NCBI GenBank assembly: GCA_963843575.1
Contig: CAWJKZ010000015.1
Location: 64,001-128,000 of the forward strand
Reading direction: 5' to 3'
Source: an uncultured Acidobacteriota bacterium
GTDB taxonomy: Bacteria > Acidobacteriota > UBA6911
DNA: 64,000 bases
A model generated the notes under the pieces. It was given only the letters and a program-made list of their open reading frames with translations. It made no database searches and was not told where the DNA came from. Both the position numbers and the translations under genes were made by a program. This document shows positions 1 to 9,364 of the stretch, one piece after another. How positions within the stretch are numbered: position 1 is the first letter of the stretch; every line of letters starts with the position of its first letter.

Positions 1-64
1 AAAATTATCTGACGGCTGCTGGGGGTGTCAAGGTGCATGCAAGTCCCCTCGGGACTGCGCGTGT

Positions 65-201
65 CGGCAGGCGCGCGACTTGCCGGGTCTTCCCCGCTTA
101 AATGAAGAAAACAGGGCCAAAAATCGCGATTAAGGGCGCTTTTCGAGGGTGTTTTAGACGTAAGTCACTGATTCAGTTGTTTTTGTGCTGGTCCGTCCCG
201 T
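65..201. repeat. End of an inverted-repeat-bounded element (GGGGACGGACCA family), with IHF-like site
   Basis: Similar to the reverse complement of 11777-11905 (gaaaac[a/g]gggccaaaaa[t/g]cgcgattaaggg; tggtccgtccc). 161-173 read on the minus strand is AATCAGTGACTTA, matching the IHF consensus WATCARnnnnTTR. Confidence 0.55.
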
Positions 202-232
202 GTTAGTATCAGGCGATCCTGCGGAGGTTGCT

Positions 233-1234
233 GTGAAACGTCTCGCGACGTTTTTGCTGGCCACTTGTTGCTGTCTCGCTCAACAGAGGCAGGGAAGCCC
301 TCTCGAGCACCTGCCTGGCAACGTGGAGGTGCTTACACATTTCGGCGAGCGCGCCGATTTCTCCCCGGACGGCACCGAGGTCGCCTTCATGGCGAAGAGT
401 TTCGGCGACGCGTTCGTCGTAGACCTCAAGACCCGCGCAATCCGGTGCCTCACCTGCAACGTGCCGGGCGCGGCGTTCCTGCGTGTCATGCACCTCCGCA
501 ACGGCGACTACCTGCTGATCGGCCCGGAGAAGTTCACGGACATCCAGACCAGCCGGGGGCGCGACAACGAGCTCTGGTACCTGAGCCGGGCCAGGGGCTC
601 AAAGCCCGTGAAGCTCGCACAGAAGATGAGCGAGGGCGCCGCCGTGTCCAAGCAGTCGATGAGGATTGCCTTCTCCGTGACCAGCGGGCAGGACGCGGAA
701 ATGCGTCCGGGTTCTTCGAAGCTCGTTGTCGCCCGGATCGACGCGGCCGGTCCGGCCATTACGGAGCGTGAGGTGCTGCTGGAGAGCCCGGACAGGGGTT
801 GCGTGATCGAGGCGCAGGACTTCTTCGACCACGACCACTTCCTGACCTACAGCTGCTATGAACCGGAAGGCCTCGCCAGCGTGTGGACGATCAACCTCGA
901 AACGCACCGAAGGTTGAACCATTCTGAAACGATCGGCAGCTATAACGAGGTGGAAGGAATCCTGCCGGGGGGCGAATACACCCTGGTCGAAAGCGACAGG
1001 CAGGCGGTGCTCCGGGGCAAAACGGAACTCTTTCGCGACATCGACATCTGGAAGCTGAAGCTCGACGGCTCCGGCAAGGATTTCACGCGGCTCACGTTTT
1101 TCAACGACTACGTCGGGGGCAAAGCGTCAAACCCGGTCGCGTCTGCCGACGGCAGGTACATGGCGTTCCAACTCGCCAACACATCCGATGAAGCCGGCGT
1201 CGGGTACGGGATCCTGCTGTACCGGTTCAAGTGA
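233..1234 (+). CDS. Secreted TolB/PD40-like beta-propeller protein
   Basis: GTG at 233 after GGAGG; signal peptide; FSPDG and PVASADG propeller motifs. Confidence 0.7.
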   Translation: MKRLATFLLATCCCLAQQRQGSPLEHLPGNVEVLTHFGERADFSPDGTEVAFMAKSFGDAFVVDLKTRAIRCLTCNVPGAAFLRVMHLRNGDYLLIGPEKFTDIQTSRGRDNELWYLSRARGSKPVKLAQKMSEGAAVSKQSMRIAFSVTSGQDAEMRPGSSKLVVARIDAAGPAITEREVLLESPDRGCVIEAQDFFDHDHFLTYSCYEPEGLASVWTINLETHRRLNHSETIGSYNEVEGILPGGEYTLVESDRQAVLRGKTELFRDIDIWKLKLDGSGKDFTRLTFFNDYVGGKASNPVASADGRYMAFQLANTSDEAGVGYGILLYRFK

Positions 1235-1264
1235 ACCCCGGCGTGTGGTGACTCGAGGCACGAA

Positions 1265-2125
1265 ATGCGCTCATTCTGTTTGCTGGTGTTCTGTGCATCC
1301 CTCGCCTGGACACAGGAGAGGCCGATCGATCCGACTTTTCTGCACCGGTTCGTGCCCAGCCTGGCCCAGCGGGTGTCCGATGTGACCACTGCCGGGTGCG
1401 GATACACGCCGATCTTTGGCGCGGGCGACCCGGACGAAAAACTGCTTAAAGGAATTGCCCGCTTCGGCGAGATGGTCGTGCAACCCGGCGGCGCCAGCGC
1501 CAAGGTAAGCCGCCCGGACGAGGAGCAGGTCTATGTCGTTCTCGAGGGGGGCGGAGAACTGCTCTACGGGGCGGAGCGCCAGGCCATCCACAAGAACGAC
1601 TATTTCTATGTTTCCCCGGCCACGCCGCACGCGTTCAACAACACGACCGGTTCTCCCTGCCGTATCCTCGCCATGGGTTTTCGCGTGCCGCGCGACGGGC
1701 GGGCGTCCGCCCCGCCGCGCCTGCTCATCGCCAACGTCGGAGACGTGAAGAAGGAGACCGTCTCCGGACATCCGCCGTCGACCCTGTATCAGTTGCTGAT
1801 GGGAGATACGCGCAGCACCCGGGACAGGCTCGCGGCCGCGCAGATCCTGACCAGCCTGTTTACCATGGAGTTCGCCGCCGGCGGGACGAATCACCCGCAT
1901 CATCACGAAACCGAGGAGGAGATCTATCTCGTCCTGGACGGCCACGGTGAAATGGTTGCGGGCAGCGGCGCCGACGGCATCGAAGGTCGTTACCCTGCAA
2001 AGGTGGGGGACGCGTATTTCTTCCGCCTGAACTGCACGGTCGGGTTTTACGCGGGAAACAAGGAAGGCGAGCCCAGGGCCCGGATCCTCGCCGCCCGTTC
2101 CCTGTTCCCGTTCAGGGCCCGGTGA
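1265..2125 (+). CDS. Secreted double-cupin domain protein
   Basis: Two cupin motifs (EEQVYVVLEG; HPHHHETEEEIYLVLDG); signal peptide. Confidence 0.8.
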   Translation: MRSFCLLVFCASLAWTQERPIDPTFLHRFVPSLAQRVSDVTTAGCGYTPIFGAGDPDEKLLKGIARFGEMVVQPGGASAKVSRPDEEQVYVVLEGGGELLYGAERQAIHKNDYFYVSPATPHAFNNTTGSPCRILAMGFRVPRDGRASAPPRLLIANVGDVKKETVSGHPPSTLYQLLMGDTRSTRDRLAAAQILTSLFTMEFAAGGTNHPHHHETEEEIYLVLDGHGEMVAGSGADGIEGRYPAKVGDAYFFRLNCTVGFYAGNKEGEPRARILAARSLFPFRAR

Positions 2126-2148
2126 CCCAATCCCCGAAGGAGGAATGC

Positions 2149-3501
2149 ATGACTGCGAAAATCAGCAGGCGGAAGTGGCTCCACACGTCGGCAGGGATCG
2201 CCGGTCTCGGCGCGGGTCTGGCCGCCCCGGAAGTGACTCCACAGCCCCAGCGTGAGATCAACAGGTTGTCCGCGCCCAGCGGCTTGAAGATCACGGACAT
2301 GCGCGCATGCACCGTGGCGGCCAACTACGATTACCCGATCATCCGGATCGACACCAACGAGGGAGTGTACGGACTGGGTGAGGTGCGGGATGCGGGTGTA
2401 AAGGGGATTGCGCTGATCCTCAAGGCGCATGTCATGGGGAAAAACCCGCTCGAGATGGAATCGATCCTGGCAAACCTGCGCCAGTTCGCAGCGCACGGCC
2501 GGATGGGCGGAGGCTACAGCGCCGTCGACATGGCGCTTCACGACATCGCCGGCAAGGTCTATGGGGTTCCGGCCTGGCGCCTGGGAGGAACGAAGTACCG
2601 CGACCGGATCCGGGTTTACTGCGATACGACGGGGCACAAAGACCCGAAGGTCTACGGCGAGCGGATGCTGAAGCGAAAGAAACTGGGCTTCACCTTCTTC
2701 AAGATGGACCTCTACACGAGCCTCGTGGCGGATCGTCCGGGAGCCGTACACGAGAACGGCGCCGCGACCGACAAAGGGCTCAAGTACCTTTGCGAGCACA
2801 TCGAGGCCGTCCGCGAGGCCATCGGATGGGATGCTCCGCTCGGGGCCGATCACTTCGGCAGGCTTTCGGTCAAGGACAGCGTTCGCTATGCCCGGGCGTT
2901 CGAGCCGTATCAACTGGCCTGGGCCGAAGACTTCATTGCCTGGAACGACTGGCGCGGGTTCAAGACCATCACGGAGTCCACGACCACGCCGATCCTGACC
3001 GGAGAAGACATCTTCGGATACGAGGACGGTTTCCAGGACCTCATCGAAAACCGCGCCGTCGACCTCATCCAGCCCGATCCGGAGACATCGGGGGGGATCG
3101 CCGAGACCCGGCGCATCGCGGAGATGGCTGGTCTCAAGGGCATTCCGACCGTGCTCCACTTCGCGGGTTCGCCCGTAGGCTGCATGGCTTCGGTTCACCT
3201 CGCGGCGACGATCAAGAACTTCGTCGTGATGGAAAATCATGCCGTGGACATGCCCTGGTGGCAGGACCTTGTGACCGGCACGCCGAAACCGATCGTCCAG
3301 GACGGGTACATCCGGGTGCCCGATACGCCGGGGCTCGGAGTCGAGCTGAACGAAGCGGTGATCAAGGAGCACCTCAGGTACCCGGGGTATTTCGAGCCAA
3401 CCCCGTTTTTCGACGACTTCATCGTTTCCGGCTTTCGCAGGGTGGGGCCCTGGCCTCACTACGACGAGGACGGCAACTACGGGAACAAAGTCACCTACTG
3501 A
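2149..3501 (+). CDS. Mandelate racemase/muconate lactonizing enzyme family protein with Tat signal
   Basis: SRRKWL Tat-like motif; SAVDMALHDIAGK, KMD and PGLGVEL enolase-superfamily motifs; AGGAGG RBS. Confidence 0.88.
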   Translation: MTAKISRRKWLHTSAGIAGLGAGLAAPEVTPQPQREINRLSAPSGLKITDMRACTVAANYDYPIIRIDTNEGVYGLGEVRDAGVKGIALILKAHVMGKNPLEMESILANLRQFAAHGRMGGGYSAVDMALHDIAGKVYGVPAWRLGGTKYRDRIRVYCDTTGHKDPKVYGERMLKRKKLGFTFFKMDLYTSLVADRPGAVHENGAATDKGLKYLCEHIEAVREAIGWDAPLGADHFGRLSVKDSVRYARAFEPYQLAWAEDFIAWNDWRGFKTITESTTTPILTGEDIFGYEDGFQDLIENRAVDLIQPDPETSGGIAETRRIAEMAGLKGIPTVLHFAGSPVGCMASVHLAATIKNFVVMENHAVDMPWWQDLVTGTPKPIVQDGYIRVPDTPGLGVELNEAVIKEHLRYPGYFEPTPFFDDFIVSGFRRVGPWPHYDEDGNYGNKVTY

Positions 3502-3548
3502 TCCGGAACGCCCCGGGTTGCTGAGACTTGATCTGTGCGTGTGGGTGC

Positions 3549-3605
3549 ACGCGAATTGACGCGGATCCGCGTGAATCGATTAAATCGGCGGAAATCCGTG
3601 TTCTG
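3549..3605. repeat. ACGCGGAT/ATCCGCG palindromic intergenic repeat
   Basis: acgcggatccgcgt palindrome; related to 21165-21262, 54825-54846 and 61013-61280. Confidence 0.5.
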
Positions 3606-3623
3606 CTTTTGTCTTTCTTGGCC

Positions 3624-4871
3624 CTAATCGAGGCTCCACAGCGCCAGGGTGTCGGAGTCCTTGACGAGTATCGTCCGGCCGACCACGACGGGATGGGCCC
3701 AGGTCGGGCTCCGGGCGACCGTGTAGCGGCGCATCGGTTCGAGTCGCGCCGGGGAAACGCGCGCTACCGTGAGTTCGGCCGAATCGCTCAGGAGCAGGAC
3801 CGTGTCGCCGAGCAGGACCACCGCTGCGTATTCGGCTGCGCGGCCGTCCCCCGTCCAGCCTACCTTTCCCGTGCGCACGTCGAGGGACACGAACTGGCCG
3901 CGTTTCCTGTGCGAGAGGCCGATCAGGGAGTCGCCGTGCAGGACGGGCGTGCTCATGTAGAACGACACCTCCCGATTTTCCCAGGCTCTCTCGGCCGTCC
4001 AGAGGGGCGAGGCACGCCTCACTCTGAGCGCGAGAACGCCCTGTTCGAGGCCGGAGAAGATGAGAAGACCGTCGTGGTGGAGAGGCGTCACCGCGTTCTG
4101 ATCCCAAGGGGTCGAATAGGGCAGTTTCCACAGGAGGGTGCCGTCGGCGGCTGCAACGCCGACGAGGTGCTTCTGGGATTGTGTCACCAGCTGGCGCACC
4201 CCCTCGATTTCGACGACGATGGGGGAAGCATAGGCGGGCCCGTCGCCCTTCCATGACCAGCGCGGGCGGCCTGTTTCCGCGTCGTAAGACACAAGGGCCC
4301 CGCTGTCTTGCCCGCCGACGTGCGCGATGACGGCGGCACCGTCGACGAGCGGCGACATCGCGGTCCCGTAGAGCGGGGAAGACGATTTGAACGTCGCTCC
4401 GGTTTCCCTGCGCCAGCGCACGCGGCCGCTCATGGCGTCGTAGCACGTGAGTGTGCCCGCAATCCCCAGCGTATAGAGCTTTCCACCGGAAAGCGCTGGG
4501 GTCGATTTGGGGCCTTTCCCGTGGGCGGTGGCGGCCGGGTTCATCGTGTACGGAGCCGGGTAGCGATCGGTCCACAGGATTCGCCCGGAGGTCAGGTCGA
4601 GGCTGGTCACCACTTCCTGTCCCCCCTGACGGGTGTGCAGGTACGCGCGGCCGCCGCCGACGACCGGGGAGGAATGGCCCGATCCCACCTGGATCTGCCA
4701 CCTCTTTCGCAGTTGCTCCGGCCAGCTTGCGGGGGCGCTGGGCGCAGCCACCACGCCATCGCGGCCAGGCCCGCGCCATTGCGGCCAATCCTGTGCGGGG
4801 CATTCCGGGAATGCCAGGACAGCCAGCCACAGGATCGTACAACTGAGCCGAAGCGTCTGTTTTCTATCCAT
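3624..4871 (-). CDS. PQQ-binding-like beta-propeller repeat protein
   Basis: Signal peptide followed by DWPQWRGPGRDG; repeated D..TG..RW propeller motifs. Confidence 0.85.
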   Translation of the reverse strand: MDRKQTLRLSCTILWLAVLAFPECPAQDWPQWRGPGRDGVVAAPSAPASWPEQLRKRWQIQVGSGHSSPVVGGGRAYLHTRQGGQEVVTSLDLTSGRILWTDRYPAPYTMNPAATAHGKGPKSTPALSGGKLYTLGIAGTLTCYDAMSGRVRWRRETGATFKSSSPLYGTAMSPLVDGAAVIAHVGGQDSGALVSYDAETGRPRWSWKGDGPAYASPIVVEIEGVRQLVTQSQKHLVGVAAADGTLLWKLPYSTPWDQNAVTPLHHDGLLIFSGLEQGVLALRVRRASPLWTAERAWENREVSFYMSTPVLHGDSLIGLSHRKRGQFVSLDVRTGKVGWTGDGRAAEYAAVVLLGDTVLLLSDSAELTVARVSPARLEPMRRYTVARSPTWAHPVVVGRTILVKDSDTLALWSLD

Positions 4872-4982
4872 CCGGAGACTCCTTTTTCCCGGGCCTTCCC
4901 ACGACACCTTTGTTACCCCCGGTGGCCCGTGAGAGAACTCGAGAATGGGAGTAAACCATGATAATAAGGACTTTATGCTCCA

Positions 4983-5142
4983 GTAGGTCCGGGCTTCAGA
5001 GGCTGTCCAGCGGTCGATTGTGGAGTGCGGCGGCTCGACGCCGCTTTGGTGGCGGCGCCTAGGCGCCGCACTCCAGATTACTTCAGTTCGTCCGGATTGA
5101 AGGTCAACCGTTGGACAGCATCTGAAGCCCGGACCCACCTAC
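4983..5142. repeat. Composite REP cluster (GTRG-GTCCGGGCTTCAG pair enclosing a GGAGTGCGGCG pair)
   Basis: Inverted gtccgggcttcaga...tctgaagcccggac enclosing gtggagtgcggcg...cgccgcactcca. Confidence 0.8.
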
Positions 5143-5219
5143 TTGTCCTGTGTATGTTCGGGAAACAGGGCCGCGGCGGGGCCGCCGCGGCCCACTTCAC
5201 TCGTGGTGCGCTCCTAGCA

Positions 5220-5921
5220 TTAGCGCTTCGCCGGCTCTGTCGAGCCAAGCCAGCGGTACACGACCCCTGCGATGACGGCACCGATGAGCGGAGCGAGCCA
5301 GAAGAGCCACAACTGCGACAGGGCTTCGCCGCCGACGATCAACGCCGGTCCGGTGCTCCTGGCAGGGTTTACCGAGGTGTTTGTGACCGGGATGCTTATA
5401 AGGTGAATCAGGGTCAGACCAAGTCCGATGGCGATGGGGGCAAAGCCCTTCGGTGCACGCTCCTCCGTGGCGCCCAGAATGATCATCAAAAACATGAAGG
5501 TCATGACCACTTCGGTGGCGAACCCGGCGGCGAGCGAGTACCCGCCCGGAGAACGCCCGGCGTACCCGTTGGACGCGAGGCCGCCGCTCAGGTCGAAGCC
5601 CGCCTTGCCGCTCGCAATGAAATAGAGCAGCCCAGCGGCGACTATGGCCCCGAGAACCTGGGACAGCACATACGGGATGAGTTCGGAAGCCTTGAAGCGC
5701 CCGCCCGCCCAGAGACCGACAGACACTGCCGGGTTCAAGTGGCAGCCTGAAATGTGCCCGATCGCGTAGGCCATCGTAAGGACGGTCAATCCGAAAGCCA
5801 GGGCCACACCCAGCAGCCCGATTCCGACGTTCGGGAATGCCGCCGCAAGGACGGCGCTCCCGCAACCGCCGAGCACCAGCCAGAACGTCCCGATGAACTC
5901 CGCTGCGACTTTCTTCGTCAT
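5220..5921 (-). CDS. aqpZ: Aquaporin Z
   Basis: [22 protein letters not shown]-terminus; two NPA motifs (HLNPAVS, SVNPARS). Confidence 0.95.
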   Translation of the reverse strand: MTKKVAAEFIGTFWLVLGGCGSAVLAAAFPNVGIGLLGVALAFGLTVLTMAYAIGHISGCHLNPAVSVGLWAGGRFKASELIPYVLSQVLGAIVAAGLLYFIASGKAGFDLSGGLASNGYAGRSPGGYSLAAGFATEVVMTFMFLMIILGATEERAPKGFAPIAIGLGLTLIHLISIPVTNTSVNPARSTGPALIVGGEALSQLWLFWLAPLIGAVIAGVVYRWLGSTEPAKR

Positions 5922-6560
5922 TGTGCAACCCTCCTTCTCATGATTCCGGGCAAGAGGATCCCGCGTTGGTCAACTGCGGTTCGCGACGACATTTCTCCGG
6001 CAGCGCCGCACCAATTCTTCGAAAGCGCCCGTGTGTCAACCTCAAGCGCCGGCCGCGCGTTCCGCACCAGATCCTCGTCCGGTCAGATCAGTTCACGGCA
6101 TCTCCAGACAGACACGGATGGTCACATTTTCACACTTGCGGATTGCGGCTCCGATGCTACACCATGGGCTTCCCCCCCCACAACAGCTGGCTCCCCTGGC
6201 TCTGCGATTCAGACACTGGGAGCCGCCCGTTGGGTCCCGGCTCAGGTTTTGGCAGGTCCGGCTGGTGAGTTTTTCATCACAGGAGCGACTTGTCCTCTTT
6301 GGGAAATCGAAAGGACACGGCTTCTTGTGATGTTGACGGACACCTCGGCGAGATCCTGGGGTTCGTATCGGCGGGAAAAGTTGGCGGAGTTTCCTTGCGG
6401 ATAATTACGAGAGCAATCAAGGTGCCCGGACAAGTTTGAGCTCTTGTTCGAGATCTCGTCTGAGCCTTCTGATCTTTTCGAGGATTTTCGTGCCGGCGTC
6501 TGCCGAGAGCGTCGGCAGAAGCTCGGTATGCTCCGCAGGGGTGAACAGAGCAAAGCGATT

Positions 6561-6726
6561 GCGGATCACGTACGGATACGCATGAAAACTGTGAACTCCG
6601 TGCAGTCGCATGGACAGATTGCTCGCCACGTACATCCATAGCGGCACCTCTTCCTTCTCGCGTGGCGAAGGATAGGTTTCGGCCAGCTTCCCCAGCACCT
6701 TCTTCGCTCCGATGTAACGGAAGAAC
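6561..6726 (-). pseudogene. Internal fragment of a putative transposase (copy of 9546-9711)
   Basis: 166-bp near-identical direct repeat (about 4 mismatches) encoding FFRYIGAKKVLGKLAETYPSPREKEEVPLW. Confidence 0.65.
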
Positions 6727-6974
6727 GCTCCACTGGATTCCGAAGCCATATCGGGTTTTCGCGGACCACGACTTGCAAAAACCAGTCGAGCCTGCCGTGT
6801 TATAGTGGCGCGTGTTTCCTGCCGCAATTCCCCGGTGACAGGAGCATGCGATTGTTTTACCTCTTTGGTTTCGGGTTCATAAATTCGATCCGGCATGGCA
6901 CTGCGGCTTGTGTGATGCGCCGGCGCCGAATCCTCAGGTTCTATGTTAGATAGCGCAGGCACGGGAGCAACTCG

Positions 6975-9161
6975 ATGTACTGCATACACTGTGGCTCGGA
7001 AAATCCCGACGTAGGAAATTTCTGCTCCAAATGCGGAAAGACCATGACCTCCACGCCGAGCCGAGCGCAAGGCGCCTCGGCCATGGATTTTGCCGAAACC
7101 GAGCTGGGTCTCTCTGCCGGGTATACCCTTGCGGGCCGCTACCGTATCGCGAGGGAGATCGGCAGCGGTGGGATGGGGCGGGTGTACCTCGGCCAGGATG
7201 GAAAGCTGAACAATATGCCGGTGGCCATTAAGGTTTTGCGAGACATGCTTAGCCGCGACGGCGGCTCGGTAAAGCGGCTCATCGTCGAAGCGCAACTTTC
7301 CATGCAGCTTTCTCACCCGAACGTCATCCGGGTGCACAATTTCGAAGATGATGGATTCACGAAGTTTCTGGTGATGGAGTATGTCGAGGGGGAGACGCTC
7401 AAGGATCGGATCGATCGCGAGAGCCGGCTTGCGGAGAGCGAGACGCGGCGCCTGGGAGCTGAAATCTGCAAGGGACTCGAGCACGCGCACGCGAAGAAAG
7501 TGATCCACCGCGATTTGAAACCAGGCAACATCCTGCTTGGGAAAGACGGTTCGGTGAAAATCGCGGACTTCGGAATTGCGCGGGTCTGCCGGGACTCGAT
7601 GTCACGGCTGACTTCACAGATGGATTCCGGGACGCTGCTGTACATGTCGCCGGAGCAGCTGGACGGGGAGAGTACGGAGGCGAGCGACGTGTATTCGCTG
7701 GGGGTTGTGCTGTATGAAATGCTAAGCGGGGATCCGCCCTTTCGAACCGGTGACATAGCCGGTCAGATCCGCACGAAGCAGCCAAAGTCGTTGGAGAATG
7801 TATCCGAGGAATTCAATACCCTGGTATCACGCTGTCTTGCGAAAAATGCGGCAGACCGTTTTACGAATGTCCGTGACCTGATGGAAGAACTTTCGGGGAG
7901 AGGCGAAGAGCGGCGAAAGGAGGCCGCCCGGCTTGCCGCCAAAATCGATGAGTTCAAGCGTCGAGGCACTCGGGCCTTCGATGACGGCAACTACTCTGAA
8001 GCGATTACGCAGTGGGCGGCTGCACTGGCACTAAAGCCGGAAGACCGGACATTAAACGAAGCCATCGATCGGGCGCGAAGAAAGAAAGTCGATGCAGAAA
8101 GAGCGGAAGCCGAGAGCCGGCGGGTCGAAGCTGAAAAAGTTGCCACGCTCCAAGAGCTGGAGAATGAACGTCAGCAGCGGCTCGTGGCAGCCAAGGACCA
8201 AGGCGAAACAGCCTTTCAGCAGGGGCAGTATGAGGCGGCAATCCAGCACTGGAATGCGGCGCTGGAGATTTCTCCGGGCAATACATGGATCAGCGAGGCG
8301 ATTGAGCGAGCCGCTGGTCGATTAGCGCAGCAGCAGGAGGCGCCACGCCGCTCATCTCCGGCGCCAATACCGACTAAGGGCGGTGTTGGCAATCAGATTA
8401 TCTTTGTCGCCCTGGGTGTACTACTAACCGTCGCTGTTGTCTGGATTTACCAGAACGCGACCCGGGATAGCGCTGCGGTCAAATCGCCGAGCGGCACCAA
8501 CAGCCTTGGTATGGTCTTTGTTCAGATTCCGGCGGGCTCGTTTGAAATGGGTTCGAATTCTGGTGATTCGGATGAGAAGCCGGTCCATCGGGTAACGATA
8601 AGCCGGGACTTTCAGATGCAGGCAACGGAGGTAACGCAGGGGCAGTGGGAATCGGTGATGGGAAGCAACCCAAGTAATTTCAAGAACTGCGGGAAGGATT
8701 GCCCTGTGGAGAGCGTGAGCTGGAATGAGGTCAAGGAATACATACGGAGGCTGAACGGGCGCAATGACGGGTGGGAGTATCGGTTGCCGACGGAGGCAGA
8801 ATGGGAGTATGCCTGCCGGGCGGGGACGACGGGGGATTATGCAGGGAATCTGGACAGCATGGGATGGTATGGTCCTAATTCGGGGAACACTACCCATCCA
8901 GTGGGGAAGAAAGAGAAGAACCGCTGGGGTTTGTATGACACGCACGGGAATGTATGGGAATGGGTAGAGGATTGGTACGGTCCTTATACTTCAGGGTCGG
9001 CTACTGATCCCAAGGGGCCATCCTCAGGCTCGGGCCGGGTGGACCGCGGCGGCAGCTGGTACGGCGTCGCCGGGGGCTGCCGGTCGGCCGATCGTAGCTA
9101 CGACTCGCCCGGCGACCGCAACGGCAGCCTCGGCTTCCGCCTTGTGGGGACGGCCCGCTGA
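6975..9161 (+). CDS. Zn-ribbon + Hanks-type Ser/Thr kinase + TPR + TM + C-terminal FGE-sulfatase (CLec-fold) protein; probable DGR target
   Basis: CIHC/CSKC ribbon; GSGGMGRVY, VAIK, HRDLKPGN, DFG and YMSPE kinase motifs; TPR-like helices; hydrophobic IIFVALGVLLTVAVVWIY; RLPTEAEWEYACRAG, GNVWEW and RGGSW..GFR FGE motifs. Confidence 0.92.
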   Translation: MYCIHCGSENPDVGNFCSKCGKTMTSTPSRAQGASAMDFAETELGLSAGYTLAGRYRIAREIGSGGMGRVYLGQDGKLNNMPVAIKVLRDMLSRDGGSVKRLIVEAQLSMQLSHPNVIRVHNFEDDGFTKFLVMEYVEGETLKDRIDRESRLAESETRRLGAEICKGLEHAHAKKVIHRDLKPGNILLGKDGSVKIADFGIARVCRDSMSRLTSQMDSGTLLYMSPEQLDGESTEASDVYSLGVVLYEMLSGDPPFRTGDIAGQIRTKQPKSLENVSEEFNTLVSRCLAKNAADRFTNVRDLMEELSGRGEERRKEAARLAAKIDEFKRRGTRAFDDGNYSEAITQWAAALALKPEDRTLNEAIDRARRKKVDAERAEAESRRVEAEKVATLQELENERQQRLVAAKDQGETAFQQGQYEAAIQHWNAALEISPGNTWISEAIERAAGRLAQQQEAPRRSSPAPIPTKGGVGNQIIFVALGVLLTVAVVWIYQNATRDSAAVKSPSGTNSLGMVFVQIPAGSFEMGSNSGDSDEKPVHRVTISRDFQMQATEVTQGQWESVMGSNPSNFKNCGKDCPVESVSWNEVKEYIRRLNGRNDGWEYRLPTEAEWEYACRAGTTGDYAGNLDSMGWYGPNSGNTTHPVGKKEKNRWGLYDTHGNVWEWVEDWYGPYTSGSATDPKGPSSGSGRVDRGGSWYGVAGGCRSADRSYDSPGDRNGSLGFRLVGTAR
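9027..9161 (+). other. Putative DGR variable region (VR)
   Basis: Abrupt switch to A-poor sequence. Variable positions of the RVxRGGSWxxxAxxCRSAxRxxxxPxxRxxxLGFR scaffold are almost all NNC codons, as expected from mutagenesis of AAC codons. Confidence 0.7.
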
Positions 9162-9280
9162 CGCTTTGCTCTTTTACCCTTTTACCCTTGGCATTTTCAA
9201 GGGAGCCGGGCGGCGGGACTGGCGAGGCGGAAAGGGGCGCATCTCAGCCCCTCCGCAGCGCCAGATCCCCTGCCCGGCTT
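9162..9280 (+). promoter_or_regulatory. Pyrimidine repeat plus long imperfect GC hairpin after the VR (putative IMH/target-recognition structure)
   Basis: cttttacccttttaccctt, then agccgggc..gggactggcg..gcgg..aggggc / gcccctccgc..cgccag.tccc..gcccggct. Confidence 0.55.
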
Positions 9281-9364
9281 CGGATTTTGGCGACGGCGCA
9301 GCATTACAAAAATGTTGCCTGAGGGTGGACGGCCTTGTGACTATGAACGTATGAGGTACCCGAG

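Noticed and set aside
65-201. CRISPR leader (AT-rich, IHF site)
   Set aside because: No array follows, and the sequence is better explained as the end of an inverted-repeat-bounded element.
6417-7508. 363-aa minus-strand ORF as a real gene
   Set aside because: A chimera of antisense kinase sequence, the duplicated transposase fragment and an unidentified short tail.
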